A stretch of DNA of 64,000 nucleotides from an uncultured Candidatus Saccharimonas sp. (GCA_963532115.1 CAUSJG010000002.1:12550-76549); one strand, 5' to 3'. Shown: positions 29,539-38,532, counted from the first letter of the stretch. Notes: generated by a model not told the origin, from the sequence alone. Numbers and translations: made by a program.

Positions 29539-30543
29539 TTATGCACTAAGACTGGTTGCGATTTTTCGAATTTCTTCATCTGAAATCTTATTGCCAGAAA
29601 CCTCAACTTTATAAAGTTTTCCATTATTCACCCAAACAGATTCCCCACGACGGTTTGAATAAATCGTTAACCCATTACTATAAGTTGTTGAATAATCTTC
29701 ACTCCATTTTTTTGTAACATAATTTTGCAATAATGCTGAACTATCCCAGCCACTTTGCGATTGTTGAACCTTGTAATTCGAATCACCTTTTTTATATTCG
29801 AAATTAACATTTTTTCCATCAAAATAAGCTAGACCTTTTGGAGAATATCCACTTGCAATATAAGCAGGAGTTTCGACCGCCATTCCAGATTGAAAAGCTG
29901 TAATTCTGCTTGCAATATCTGGTAGGTTTACATAAGTTAGATATCCAACGCCAAAAATCGCAACAGCAAAGCCCATCGAGAAACTAATAAACTTCTTGCG
30001 CACAAAAAAACTCTTTCGATGAATTCCACGGCTTTTTTTGCTTTCTTCGCGAGACTTTTCAATTGCTTGACTAATTGCAAATTCTTTAACTTCTTGGTTT
30101 GAAATTTCTTGTTTTTGAGCTTTTTTTGCTCGAAGTTCTTCATTAGTTTTTTTAGCAAGTGGATGCTCTTCGAAAGGCGCAATCTTCTCAACTTCTTTAA
30201 TTTGCTCTTTCGTAATTGGTGAGATTATTTTAGAATTTTTCGAAAAACGTGAAATTAAGATTCGGTCTTGTTGAGTCTCTTTTGCTTCACGCGCGCGTAA
30301 AATTGCCTCTTGATAATCGTGGCGACGCTTAAATTGACTAATCATTTCATCTTGGTGAAGAGAAACTCCTTGCCTCTTTGGAACTGTAACATATTTACGA
30401 TTCAAAGTGCTTGAACGTTGCAAATTATTATGGATTTTCGAAATATCTTTATTTTTAATACTACAATTATTTTTTGGAACACTTAAAAGTTCACCTGTGA
30501 TTGCATCATATTTTTTTCCGTTTATGATAATTTCGTCTCTCAT
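29539..30543 (-). CDS. single-pass membrane protein, unknown function
   Basis: 334 aa: a charged N-terminal region, a TM helix (FISFSMGFAVAIFGVGYLTYV), and an extracytoplasmic C-terminal domain. Confidence 0.6.
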   Translation of the reverse strand: MRDEIIINGKKYDAITGELLSVPKNNCSIKNKDISKIHNNLQRSSTLNRKYVTVPKRQGVSLHQDEMISQFKRRHDYQEAILRAREAKETQQDRILISRFSKNSKIISPITKEQIKEVEKIAPFEEHPLAKKTNEELRAKKAQKQEISNQEVKEFAISQAIEKSREESKKSRGIHRKSFFVRKKFISFSMGFAVAIFGVGYLTYVNLPDIASRITAFQSGMAVETPAYIASGYSPKGLAYFDGKNVNFEYKKGDSNYKVQQSQSGWDSSALLQNYVTKKWSEDYSTTYSNGLTIYSNRRGESVWVNNGKLYKVEVSGNKISDEEIRKIATSLSA

Positions 30544-30613
30544 TTTATTCCCTATTTAGCTTATGTATATTTTACTTTATTTTTACTAAATTTTCAAGGG
30601 TTTTAAAAAAAAT

Positions 30614-30643
30614 AAATTGCTCAAATTTAAGCTTGAGCAATTT
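30614..30643 (-). terminator. terminator hairpin after sortase gene
   Basis: AAATTGCTCAA-ATTTAAGC-TTGAGCAATTT (11-bp stem). Confidence 0.6.
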
Positions 30644-30649
30644 ATTATC

Positions 30650-32098
30650 TTAATCCCATTTCCAGCTAAATAATCTTTCAAAAAATGTTAGAGAATTTCG
30701 AGGAAGAGTCACTTTTTTATTATCAGAATTCTCCTGCACGGCCGGTTTTTCAGCCTTGGTTGGATCTGGAGAAACCTGTTCGGCGAAAACTAGTAAACGC
30801 TTTTCAGCAGTTCCGAGAGGAACACAAGTAATCAAAGTTAGCATTGGTTTATCAGTCCCAATTTGAACTCTATTTACTTGATTTGGCATTACGACCTCTG
30901 TTTTTGTTACATTATAAGTATATCGTTTGCCGTTATAATTAGCATAAATTACATCACCTTGTTTAAGTTTATCAAGCTGAGCAAAAATAAATTTATAATC
31001 ACCTGTGTCAAACAAATCATTACTTGAGTGCCCACTCAAAACAGTATTTCCATTTTGCCCAGGAACCGCATTTGCGCCTGGGATTGAAAAATGTGCAACG
31101 CCCTTCTCCATCGCTTTCAATTGAGATGCATTATCATTCCCAACACCATAAACAACTGGAACATCAACATTAATTTTTGGAATAATCAATTTTGGCTCTT
31201 GTCCAACCGAGTTAGAAGAATTCGGACTATAAATTGTTTGAGCAGCATTTGAATTCCCCGGCGCAACATAAGCCTCAACTGAAGCAAAAATCAATCTATT
31301 ATATTGCAAAAATAGAAACAAAGCTACCACAACAACTGCTGAAAAAATTGGCACAAAATGGCGGGATTTTCGAATTTTCTCAGTCTGATGACGTGCTTTT
31401 TCTGAAATATCTTTTCGAAGCTTCGCCAAAGCTCGTTCTTTTTTCTGGTTTTCTGTTAAATCTTCTGCAGCTTCTAGTTGAATATTTGCCGTTTGTTTTT
31501 TTTGCTGCTCTAAGGCCGCTGAATAATAGGTTTCGTAATATTTTTGATAATAATTTTGCCAAGCTGCGTGATATCGTTTCCATTGCTCACTTGGCTGATT
31601 TTCTTGCTGAATATTATACAAATTTTGAACAGTTTGCTGAGGCTTATATTTTACTGCTCCTAAATTATGTGAGTTTTCATCAACTTTTACAACATCTTGC
31701 TTGTTCTGAAGCGGTTGAATAACTTTTTGGCGAGCATTAAAGTCATCAGTCTCTTGACCAACACCAGAATTAAAACTAGCTTTTGGTTGCGGTTGGAATG
31801 GTTTCGAAACCTCCTCAATTGAATTCTTGATTAATTCTTCTCGCTGCCCATCAACTTTTTTAGAGTTATTTTGATTTTTTAAATATTCCGCCAAGTTAAT
31901 TTTCTCTGGCCGAGCTTCTTTTTTGCTTTGCTGGATTTCTGCAATTTGTTCAGTATTAGCCTTTTGATAAAGCTGTTGAACTTTTTGCCTTCGAAATTCA
32001 ATTGCAGCACGATTTCTATCATTTGAAAAAGTACTCTGCAATTGCCTCTCAGGTATATTCAATCCATTGTTTTGATTTTTTGTATTATTATCATTCAT
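30650..32098 (-). CDS. sortase-family transpeptidase with long Q/N/K-rich N-terminal region
   Basis: Trimmed to ATG 32098 (MNDNNTKNQ...), because the longer ORF overlaps tRNA-Leu. Has a TM helix, then a sortase core with VLSGHSS and the TLITCVP active-site motif. Confidence 0.82.
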   Translation of the reverse strand: MNDNNTKNQNNGLNIPERQLQSTFSNDRNRAAIEFRRQKVQQLYQKANTEQIAEIQQSKKEARPEKINLAEYLKNQNNSKKVDGQREELIKNSIEEVSKPFQPQPKASFNSGVGQETDDFNARQKVIQPLQNKQDVVKVDENSHNLGAVKYKPQQTVQNLYNIQQENQPSEQWKRYHAAWQNYYQKYYETYYSAALEQQKKQTANIQLEAAEDLTENQKKERALAKLRKDISEKARHQTEKIRKSRHFVPIFSAVVVVALFLFLQYNRLIFASVEAYVAPGNSNAAQTIYSPNSSNSVGQEPKLIIPKINVDVPVVYGVGNDNASQLKAMEKGVAHFSIPGANAVPGQNGNTVLSGHSSNDLFDTGDYKFIFAQLDKLKQGDVIYANYNGKRYTYNVTKTEVVMPNQVNRVQIGTDKPMLTLITCVPLGTAEKRLLVFAEQVSPDPTKAEKPAVQENSDNKKVTLPRNSLTFFERLFSWKWD

Positions 32099-32169
32099 TT
32101 CTCTTGATTTTTCCCTACTCTTAGTATACAATAGATAATGAGCTATGTAAATAGTCAAAACCATAATAA

Positions 32170-32257
32170 GCCGCGATGGTGGAATTGGTAGACACGCTAG
32201 ACTCAAAATCTGGTGAGCATTACGCTCGTGCCGGTTCAAGTCCGGCTCGCGGTACCA
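32170..32257 (+). tRNA. tRNA-Leu (anticodon CAA), CCA encoded
   Basis: Hand-folded: acceptor GCCGCGA/UCGCGGU, D-loop AAUUGGUAGA, anticodon loop CUCAAAA, long variable arm, T-arm GCCGG-UUCAAGU-CCGGC, then ACCA. Confidence 0.9.
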
Positions 32258-32311
32258 AAAAAGGAACAGCTAATTGATGGATAGCTGCTTCTTTTAGTTT
32301 ATAGAAGGATT

Positions 32312-32347
32312 AGACCTACGGGATCAGATGTCCGTAGGTCTATTTTG
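32312..32347 (+). terminator. strong hairpin + U-tract
   Basis: AGACCUACGG-10 nt-CCGUAGGUCU + AUUUUGUU. Confidence 0.7.
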
Positions 32348-32607
32348 TTGCCCTAATTGAGGCGATTCCATGTAAATCATCTCTGAGAACTAGCAAAACC
32401 TTCAAATGCGAAACTTAACAATCCGGCAATTATTTAATAGAAGTCTTCCCTTTTGAAAGTGAGCTAATTAGTAATAATTTAGAGCCTAAGCAATTAGATT
32501 GAGAAACTTTAAAATATAGATAAACTAATCGAAGGATATTAAAAACTTTAGTAGTCTATACTATTATAAAATAAAGACTGCCTAAGCAGTCATTTTCATA
32601 TCTATAT

Positions 32608-32683
32608 TGGTGCGGGTTAGGAGACTCTAACTCCTGGCCTCTTCCATGGCAAGGAAGCGCTCTAACAACTGAGCTAAACCCGC
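32608..32683 (-). tRNA. tRNA-Gly (anticodon GCC), CCA encoded
   Basis: Hand-folded: GCGGGUU acceptor, anticodon loop UUGCCAU, T-arm AGGAG-UUAGAGU-CUCCU, then ACCA. Unusual U19/A56 elbow positions. Confidence 0.88.
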
Positions 32684-32731
32684 GTATGTTTTAATTTTAC
32701 CAAAAAGCATCGTTCAAGTCAATACTTTCAA

Positions 32732-33877
32732 TTAAAATTCTTTCAAAAAATCAATAATCCAAGTTTTATATTTCGAAAGCTTATCTATATATATAAATTC
32801 ATTCTGGTGATGAGCTTCATCCCATTCACCCGGCCCAAAAACAACTATTTGAGCATTTTTCAACCCATTCACGAATTCACCTTGGTCAGTTGCTCCTGGA
32901 CTAACCATAATCGATTCTTCATTTAATTTTGAAACTTTCAAAATATTTTCAATAACCCTTGATTTTTTTGAAACAAGGCTTGAAGGAACCGGATCACTAT
33001 GATACTCCCACTTAAAATCATATTTTTCAGCCAATGAATTGAAGGTATTTTTAAAATCAGAGTCAAGTTCAGGCGTGGTCCGAATATCTAGAATCAATTC
33101 AGCAGAAGGCGCAGTTTTATTTGGACTTTTATCTTCACCAGATTTCAATGAAGTTGGGACCAAACTTGGCGAACCTAAAAAATCGTTCGAAAAACTTTCT
33201 TGCCAATCTTCAAAAATATCGTTAATTTGCGACAGAAAGAATGAAGCTTTCGAAAGTGCAGATTTCTGAAAATTCGCCTGTTGTGAAGCATGGCCACTTT
33301 CGCCTTTAAATTTTAATCGAACAAAACGATTTCCACGATGACCAATTTCAATATTCTCACAATTTGTTGGCTCGGCAATTACTCCAAAAAATTCGCTATA
33401 ATCAAATTCTTTTTGCTCATTCAACCATTTCACAAAATTTCGACTTCCACGGCCATCAATTTCTTCATTAGAAACTGCAACCAGCCAAAGGTCAAAATTA
33501 CTTTCAAAATTATTTTCCTTGACAAATTCAAGACCAGCAATAAATTGAGCCGCTAACCCACCTTTCATATCACTTGCGCCCAAGCCAATAATCTTTCCAT
33601 TCGTTTCAGTCGCTTCCCAAGGTGATTTCTTCCAAGCTCGCAAATCACCAGCTGAAACGGTATCAATGTGTCCCGTCAAAATAATTGCTCGACTACTTTT
33701 TGAAAACCCATTTCCATTTGTTCTAATTCTTAAAACACCAGCCGCAAAATCTTTATTTTGCCAAACTTCGGCCGAATTCTCCCGCAAAAAATCTGCCAAA
33801 AATTCTAAAATCTCCGTCTCATTTCCAGAAACACTCTCGATTTCAATAAGTTTTTTTGTTAGCTCAATTTCGTTCAT
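32732..33877 (-). CDS. M20-family metallopeptidase/deacylase (ArgE/DapE-like)
   Basis: 381 aa; motifs LTGHIDTV, GASDMKGG and SNEEIDG. Confidence 0.82.
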   Translation of the reverse strand: MNEIELTKKLIEIESVSGNETEILEFLADFLRENSAEVWQNKDFAAGVLRIRTNGNGFSKSSRAIILTGHIDTVSAGDLRAWKKSPWEATETNGKIIGLGASDMKGGLAAQFIAGLEFVKENNFESNFDLWLVAVSNEEIDGRGSRNFVKWLNEQKEFDYSEFFGVIAEPTNCENIEIGHRGNRFVRLKFKGESGHASQQANFQKSALSKASFFLSQINDIFEDWQESFSNDFLGSPSLVPTSLKSGEDKSPNKTAPSAELILDIRTTPELDSDFKNTFNSLAEKYDFKWEYHSDPVPSSLVSKKSRVIENILKVSKLNEESIMVSPGATDQGEFVNGLKNAQIVVFGPGEWDEAHHQNEFIYIDKLSKYKTWIIDFLKEF

Positions 33878-33885
33878 TTCAACCT

Positions 33886-34830
33886 CTATAAAATCTCAAT
33901 TATTTTATCACTTATCTTTGCTTCAATAGTTTGTACTTTTTCAATTTTGCAAACCTCGCCTTCAATTTGAATTACAATATTTTGCGGTTTTCGAAAAGCT
34001 ATCTCTACACGATCGACCCTTTTAAGCGGAATTTTACCAAAAAAACCTTTCATTAAAAACGGAGAATTCCGTATAAGTCCTGCTGAATTTAAGACTTCAA
34101 ATCCAAAATTATTGCTATCTTTTTTATTAATTGAACTTCGCATAATCCTCGCCATCCTTGGCCCATTCATAAAAACAATATCAGTTGGATTTTGTGGAAT
34201 ATTTAAAAAATCTTCATCATTAATTTTAATTTTTGAAATATTTAAAATATGATTACGGCAATGTTTAAAATAAAATCGTGTTGCAGCAGAAAGCGAAAGA
34301 ATTAAACGTATATTTCGATTATAAACCTTTTTCAAAACCTTTCGGATCCTCCCCCCTTCAAAAATTTCAGCCATTTCAGCAGTCAAGCCAACCGTTGCAT
34401 AAAGCGGTGCATATCTAAAAAATTCACCATTAATTTTCAATTCAATTGGTCTAATTTTAGCTTGAACCTTTAGCGTTTCGAAAGACTTAATTGCTGCTTT
34501 TCCACTATTTTTTGAAAAGCTGTGAGCATAATCGTTGAAGTTCCCAAATCCTGTAAATTTAATTTTTATGTTCTTTTTTCCAGAAATAGCCACAGCATTT
34601 GCTGCAATATGCGCCGTTCCATCGCCGCCAGCAACTAGAATAATATCATCGTCCTCCAAACCTTTTGCCATTTCACGAGCGTTTTCCATAGGTGAAGTTG
34701 GTTGAATTTCAAAAGTTTTAAAACTACCTTTTTCGAAATGAGTTTCATCTAAAAAAGGCAAAATCTTTTTTCGAATTAGTTCGAAACCGCTTGAGCGAGG
34801 ATTTACGACAAGTGTAAGATTTTTCTTCAT
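33886..34830 (-). CDS. diacylglycerol-kinase-family lipid kinase (YegS/LCB5-like)
   Basis: 314 aa; GGDGT motif (ILVAGGDGTAHIAANA). Confidence 0.8.
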   Translation of the reverse strand: MKKNLTLVVNPRSSGFELIRKKILPFLDETHFEKGSFKTFEIQPTSPMENAREMAKGLEDDDIILVAGGDGTAHIAANAVAISGKKNIKIKFTGFGNFNDYAHSFSKNSGKAAIKSFETLKVQAKIRPIELKINGEFFRYAPLYATVGLTAEMAEIFEGGRIRKVLKKVYNRNIRLILSLSAATRFYFKHCRNHILNISKIKINDEDFLNIPQNPTDIVFMNGPRMARIMRSSINKKDSNNFGFEVLNSAGLIRNSPFLMKGFFGKIPLKRVDRVEIAFRKPQNIVIQIEGEVCKIEKVQTIEAKISDKIIEIL

Positions 34831-34913
34831 ATTGATATTATTTTACCATATAACATCATAAGCGTAAAGATGTAACTCTAAAAAACGCACATCTTTTCCA
34901 AGCTTACAAAATT

Positions 34914-34944
34914 AGCCCCGTGGTTGTGCGTGTTCCACGGGGCT
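34914..34944. terminator. GC-rich 10-bp hairpin at host/prophage junction
   Basis: AGCCCCGTGG-11 nt-CCACGGGGCT with T-rich flanks on both strands. Confidence 0.5.
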
Positions 34945-35105
34945 TCTTGATTTTACAAATGAGATTTTTGCGAACGGGGTTTTGCAGAAATTTCAAAGTT
35001 AAATCAAGGTTTGAATTTCGAAAAAGAAAACGGCCAAAGAAGTAATGAATAGTGGCGACAGATAACATTTTCGAAAATCAAAAATAATAAAATTAAGGAG
35101 ATAAA

Positions 35106-35273
35106 ATGCACGCAAAAACAACAAAATTTAAAAAAATAATATTCTTTATGATTGTCGGACTGGTAGCTCTTGCTTGGTTTGGTTCAGAATATCGATGGCA
35201 AAAATATCGAAATTATGAAAAAGAACACAACTGTGAATGGCAAATGATCAATGAAATGGAGATTTGTAAATAA
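35106..35273 (+). CDS. small membrane protein (55 aa)
   Basis: Below the ORF-track cut-off. AAGGAGA RBS; MHAKTTKFKKIIFFMIVGLVALAWFG... The stop overlaps the RecT start (TAATG). Confidence 0.5.
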   Translation: MHAKTTKFKKIIFFMIVGLVALAWFGSEYRWQKYRNYEKEHNCEWQMINEMEICK

Positions 35274-35950
35274 TGTCAGAAGCAGAAAAAGATGCACGTA
35301 AAGTAGCGGTTCAAAAACGGCGAAAAACTTATGGCGAAATCGTTCCTTTTGCAGAAAATCTTTTTGAAGAAGGAATCTCACGTTCAGCAAAAGAACGAAT
35401 GCTTATTTCAGTTCATCGTTCAATTTTAGGCTTAGATAAACAAAAACAACTCCGCCCTCTTGATGATTTGAAACAGTTTATGATTATCGCTGGACAATTT
35501 GGCGTTAACCCATTTAAAAATGAAATTTACGCAACCTATGTTTGGAATTCAAGCACTGGACGCGAAGAACTTACGCCAATAGTTTCAATTCACGGACTGC
35601 GAAAATTAGCGCGCCGTGGTGGAATTTATTCACATACCGGAACTGCTGCAATTTCAAAAAACGCTGAAGGAAAACTCGAAAGTGTGACAGTGCCAGTTTT
35701 TGGTCTTATAAATGGTGAGATTCAAGAATTTACACGCTACACTGCCTTCTACGATGAATTTGTTCGCACTAATAAAAATGGCGAACCAATCTCTAACTGG
35801 GCAAAAATGCCAATCGTAATGCTTACTAAATGTGCTGAAGCAAATGCAATTCGCCAAGCGTTTGACATCTCTGGAATTTATATCGAAGAAGAAATTTCAC
35901 GCGAAGATGAGCAAATTATTAACCAAACTGAGGAGAAAATCAATGAATAG
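35273..35950 (+). CDS. recT: RecT-family single-strand annealing protein
   Basis: 225 aa; FGVNPFKNEIY..., IHGLRKLARR and MLTKCAEANAIRQAF are typical of phage RecT. Confidence 0.8.
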   Translation: MSEAEKDARKVAVQKRRKTYGEIVPFAENLFEEGISRSAKERMLISVHRSILGLDKQKQLRPLDDLKQFMIIAGQFGVNPFKNEIYATYVWNSSTGREELTPIVSIHGLRKLARRGGIYSHTGTAAISKNAEGKLESVTVPVFGLINGEIQEFTRYTAFYDEFVRTNKNGEPISNWAKMPIVMLTKCAEANAIRQAFDISGIYIEEEISREDEQIINQTEEKINE

Positions 35951-38018
35951 AGTTGATCACTTAAGCTATTCTGCTCTTGTAACCTTTCTACGAAATCAGG
36001 TTGAATTTCAAAAGCGTTACATTGCGAAGGTTTATGACAATCCTTCGAGCCCATCAATGGTAGTCGGTAAAGCTTTTCACAAAGCGCTTGAAATTTACTA
36101 CAAGGGCGGAACTTTTGACGAAGCTGCAGCTGCTGGGCTTGATGAAATAAATTCAACTAGCGATTACGAAATCGACTACGGAAAAACTGGCAGTCGTGAA
36201 AAAATGATTAAAGAATTTAACGATTCACTCAATATTTATTTTGAAGAAGCGCCAAAATTTGAAGTTCTTGATGCTGAAAAACGGCTCGAAGCTGAGATTT
36301 CGAAAGTTCCAATGGTTGGAATCATCGACCTAATCATTAAAGGCTCGAGTGAAGATAAAATTAAGCTTAAAGATTACAAAACAGTTTCGTTTTATTCTTC
36401 TGCTACTAACGATCCACTTGATCCGGAGTATCAAGAAAATTACAAATATTTGCTCCAAGGCTCAATTTATCTAGTTTTGGCCGAAAAGGTTCTTAAGAAA
36501 GAAATTGAAAGCGTTGGTTTTATCGAAATCAAGAAAACTAAAAATCGAGATGGTTCGCCACAAATTCGCGAGTTCGAATATTCTCGAAATGACTTGCTTG
36601 AGTTCTTGCCAACAACCGAAAAACTCATCACGAATGTGTTCGATTATGTGAATAATGACAACGCTAAATTCTTCCCTAACCCTAGTGATATCTTAAATGG
36701 ACAAGAATCAATGGAGGTTCTTGCGAATATCGAAACTGGATTTGATAAAGCTAAAATTAAGCGCAAGATGAACGTTGCGGAAAAATTCAGTGAGAAGAAT
36801 ACGACCGTTGATTTGCTCGAAACTGATGGCGAAACTAATGAGAATTTGATTATTAAAAAGTTCTTAGAGTTCGGAATCGGTGGCGCGATCGGTGAAACCT
36901 TCACTGGTGCAAGCATAATTCGTTACACTTTCCGCCCAAACCGTGGTGTTGCAATGAAGAATATCAGCTCACGCGCTGACGATCTTGCAATCGCTCTTCA
37001 AGCTAAATCAGTTCGGGTTCTTGCACCAATTTACGGCACAAACCTCATCGGTGTGGAAATTCCAAATCCTGAACGTAAAGTTCTAGATTTCGACGATTCT
37101 CTGCTTAAAAAAGGCACTTTCGAAATTCCGCTCGGCCAAGATATTTTTGGTGAAAATCATTATGGTGATTTAACTAAAATGCCACATCTATTAATTGCTG
37201 GGCAAACTGGCTCAGGTAAATCAGTAATGCTAAATGTAATTCTCGAATCGCTCACTAAACAACTTTCGACAGAAGAACTCCAACTCGTGCTAATCGATCC
37301 AAAGCAAGTTGAACTCGGATTTTATGAAGATAGTAAGCATTTATTAAAACCGATTGTCACTAATCCAATTCATGCACAAGAAACACTTGCAGATCTAGTG
37401 GAAGTAATGGAATCTCGCTATAAAACTTTGCGAAAAGCTGGTGTGAGAAAGATCGAAGACTACAAAGGCGAAATGCCGCGAATCGTTTGCGTAATTGATG
37501 AATTTGCCGACTTAATGATGACATCTGGTAATAAACGCGAAGAATTTAAATTGAATATTAAAGGTATGATCGAAACGATTCTGCATTTTAATAAAGATTT
37601 TGATTTATCAGAAGTAAAATCACTGGAAGATCTGAAAATTAACCCAAAAATGTCAGAGCTTGAAAAAGAAACGATTAAGGAACAGAAAAAAGCAATGAAA
37701 GATCTCGAAAAAGCAATCCTTGAAGCTTCAGATCTAGGGATACCAAGCGCAGAAAGTTCGATTATTCGAATCGCGCAAAAAGCTCGAGCAGTAGGAATTC
37801 ACTTGATTCTCGCAACCCAGCGACCTTCTGCTGATGTGGTAACAGGATTGATTAAAGCGAATATTCCAACCAAAATCGCATTTAGTGTAACTAACTCGCT
37901 AAACAGCAAGATTATTCTTGATGAAACTGGCGCAGAAATGCTTACCGGAAACGGCGATATGCTTTATCAAGACCCACGAGCTAATCATCTTGAACGACTA
38001 CAAGGATTCTATCTATGA
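35943..38018 (+). CDS. fusion protein: RecB/Cas4-like PD-(D/E)xK nuclease (N-terminal) + FtsK/SpoIIIE-type DNA translocase motor (C-terminal)
   Basis: Trimmed to ATG 35943 with a GAGGAG RBS. N-terminal half: SYSAL..., IIDLIIK...LKDYKT, QGSIYL (QxxxY). C-terminal half: PHLLIAGQTGSGKS, VCVIDEFADLMM, AVGIHLILATQRPSADVVTGLIKANIPTKIAFSV. Confidence 0.85.
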   Translation: MNRVDHLSYSALVTFLRNQVEFQKRYIAKVYDNPSSPSMVVGKAFHKALEIYYKGGTFDEAAAAGLDEINSTSDYEIDYGKTGSREKMIKEFNDSLNIYFEEAPKFEVLDAEKRLEAEISKVPMVGIIDLIIKGSSEDKIKLKDYKTVSFYSSATNDPLDPEYQENYKYLLQGSIYLVLAEKVLKKEIESVGFIEIKKTKNRDGSPQIREFEYSRNDLLEFLPTTEKLITNVFDYVNNDNAKFFPNPSDILNGQESMEVLANIETGFDKAKIKRKMNVAEKFSEKNTTVDLLETDGETNENLIIKKFLEFGIGGAIGETFTGASIIRYTFRPNRGVAMKNISSRADDLAIALQAKSVRVLAPIYGTNLIGVEIPNPERKVLDFDDSLLKKGTFEIPLGQDIFGENHYGDLTKMPHLLIAGQTGSGKSVMLNVILESLTKQLSTEELQLVLIDPKQVELGFYEDSKHLLKPIVTNPIHAQETLADLVEVMESRYKTLRKAGVRKIEDYKGEMPRIVCVIDEFADLMMTSGNKREEFKLNIKGMIETILHFNKDFDLSEVKSLEDLKINPKMSELEKETIKEQKKAMKDLEKAILEASDLGIPSAESSIIRIAQKARAVGIHLILATQRPSADVVTGLIKANIPTKIAFSVTNSLNSKIILDETGAEMLTGNGDMLYQDPRANHLERLQGFYL

Positions 38019-38323
38019 CAAAACCTGAATATCTATTAATTAAACAACTAGCGTATCAATTTTATAAAGAAAATCATTCAGCGAAAGCGTGGGCGGACTA
38101 TGCCGCCGCCTATCGCTCAAAGCTGATAGAAATGAAAGATGAACGCCAAGTGGCAGAAGTCTTCGAAGAATTCGAAGTCGACGAAATACGAGAATTCGTG
38201 ACTAAGTATTATGAAAAAATGCCGTCTCAAACAAGACAAGAAATTAAAAAAGTCATTGCAGCTCGTGTGCAAAGAATGACACAAAACCGCCAACGAACAT
38301 TTTTTACAAAGGATCAAAAATGA
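38015..38323 (+). CDS. hypothetical phage protein
   Basis: 102 aa; ATGA start/stop overlap with the upstream gene. Confidence 0.6.
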   Translation: MTKPEYLLIKQLAYQFYKENHSAKAWADYAAAYRSKLIEMKDERQVAEVFEEFEVDEIREFVTKYYEKMPSQTRQEIKKVIAARVQRMTQNRQRTFFTKDQK

Positions 38324-38532
38324 ATTTCAGAACAGTAATTAGTCAAATTTTTAATAAATATTCAACTGCAGATATCACAGAGCTAAAAGAAATTTTCAGT
38401 TCAAAACTCGCTCTCCCCTTAAAAGCAGAAATGCTGCAATATGTAATGGATTGTGAAGATCGGCAAATTTGTGAAGATTTCTTACGAAGGAACAGCGAAA
38501 AATTAATAAAGGAGTTAAGCTATGAATTTTGA
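38320..38532 (+). CDS. hypothetical phage protein
   Basis: 70 aa; ATGA overlap. Confidence 0.55.
   Translation: MNFRTVISQIFNKYSTADITELKEIFSSKLALPLKAEMLQYVMDCEDRQICEDFLRRNSEKLIKELSYEF

Noticed and set aside
32099-32239. N-terminal 47 codons of the 529-aa version of the sortase ORF.
   Set aside because: This extension overlaps tRNA-Leu (32170-32257) on the opposite strand. The start was moved to ATG 32098.
32170-32683. The tRNA-Leu or tRNA-Gly genes as the prophage attachment site.
   Set aside because: Two intact host genes (the M20 peptidase and the lipid kinase) separate them from the phage. No duplicate of either tRNA 3' end is seen near 34831-35105.
35832-35942. The 37-codon N-terminal extension of the nuclease-FtsK ORF, which overlaps recT.
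   Set aside because: It lies inside the recT coding region. An internal ATG at 35943 has a GAGGAG RBS and gives the usual short overlap.
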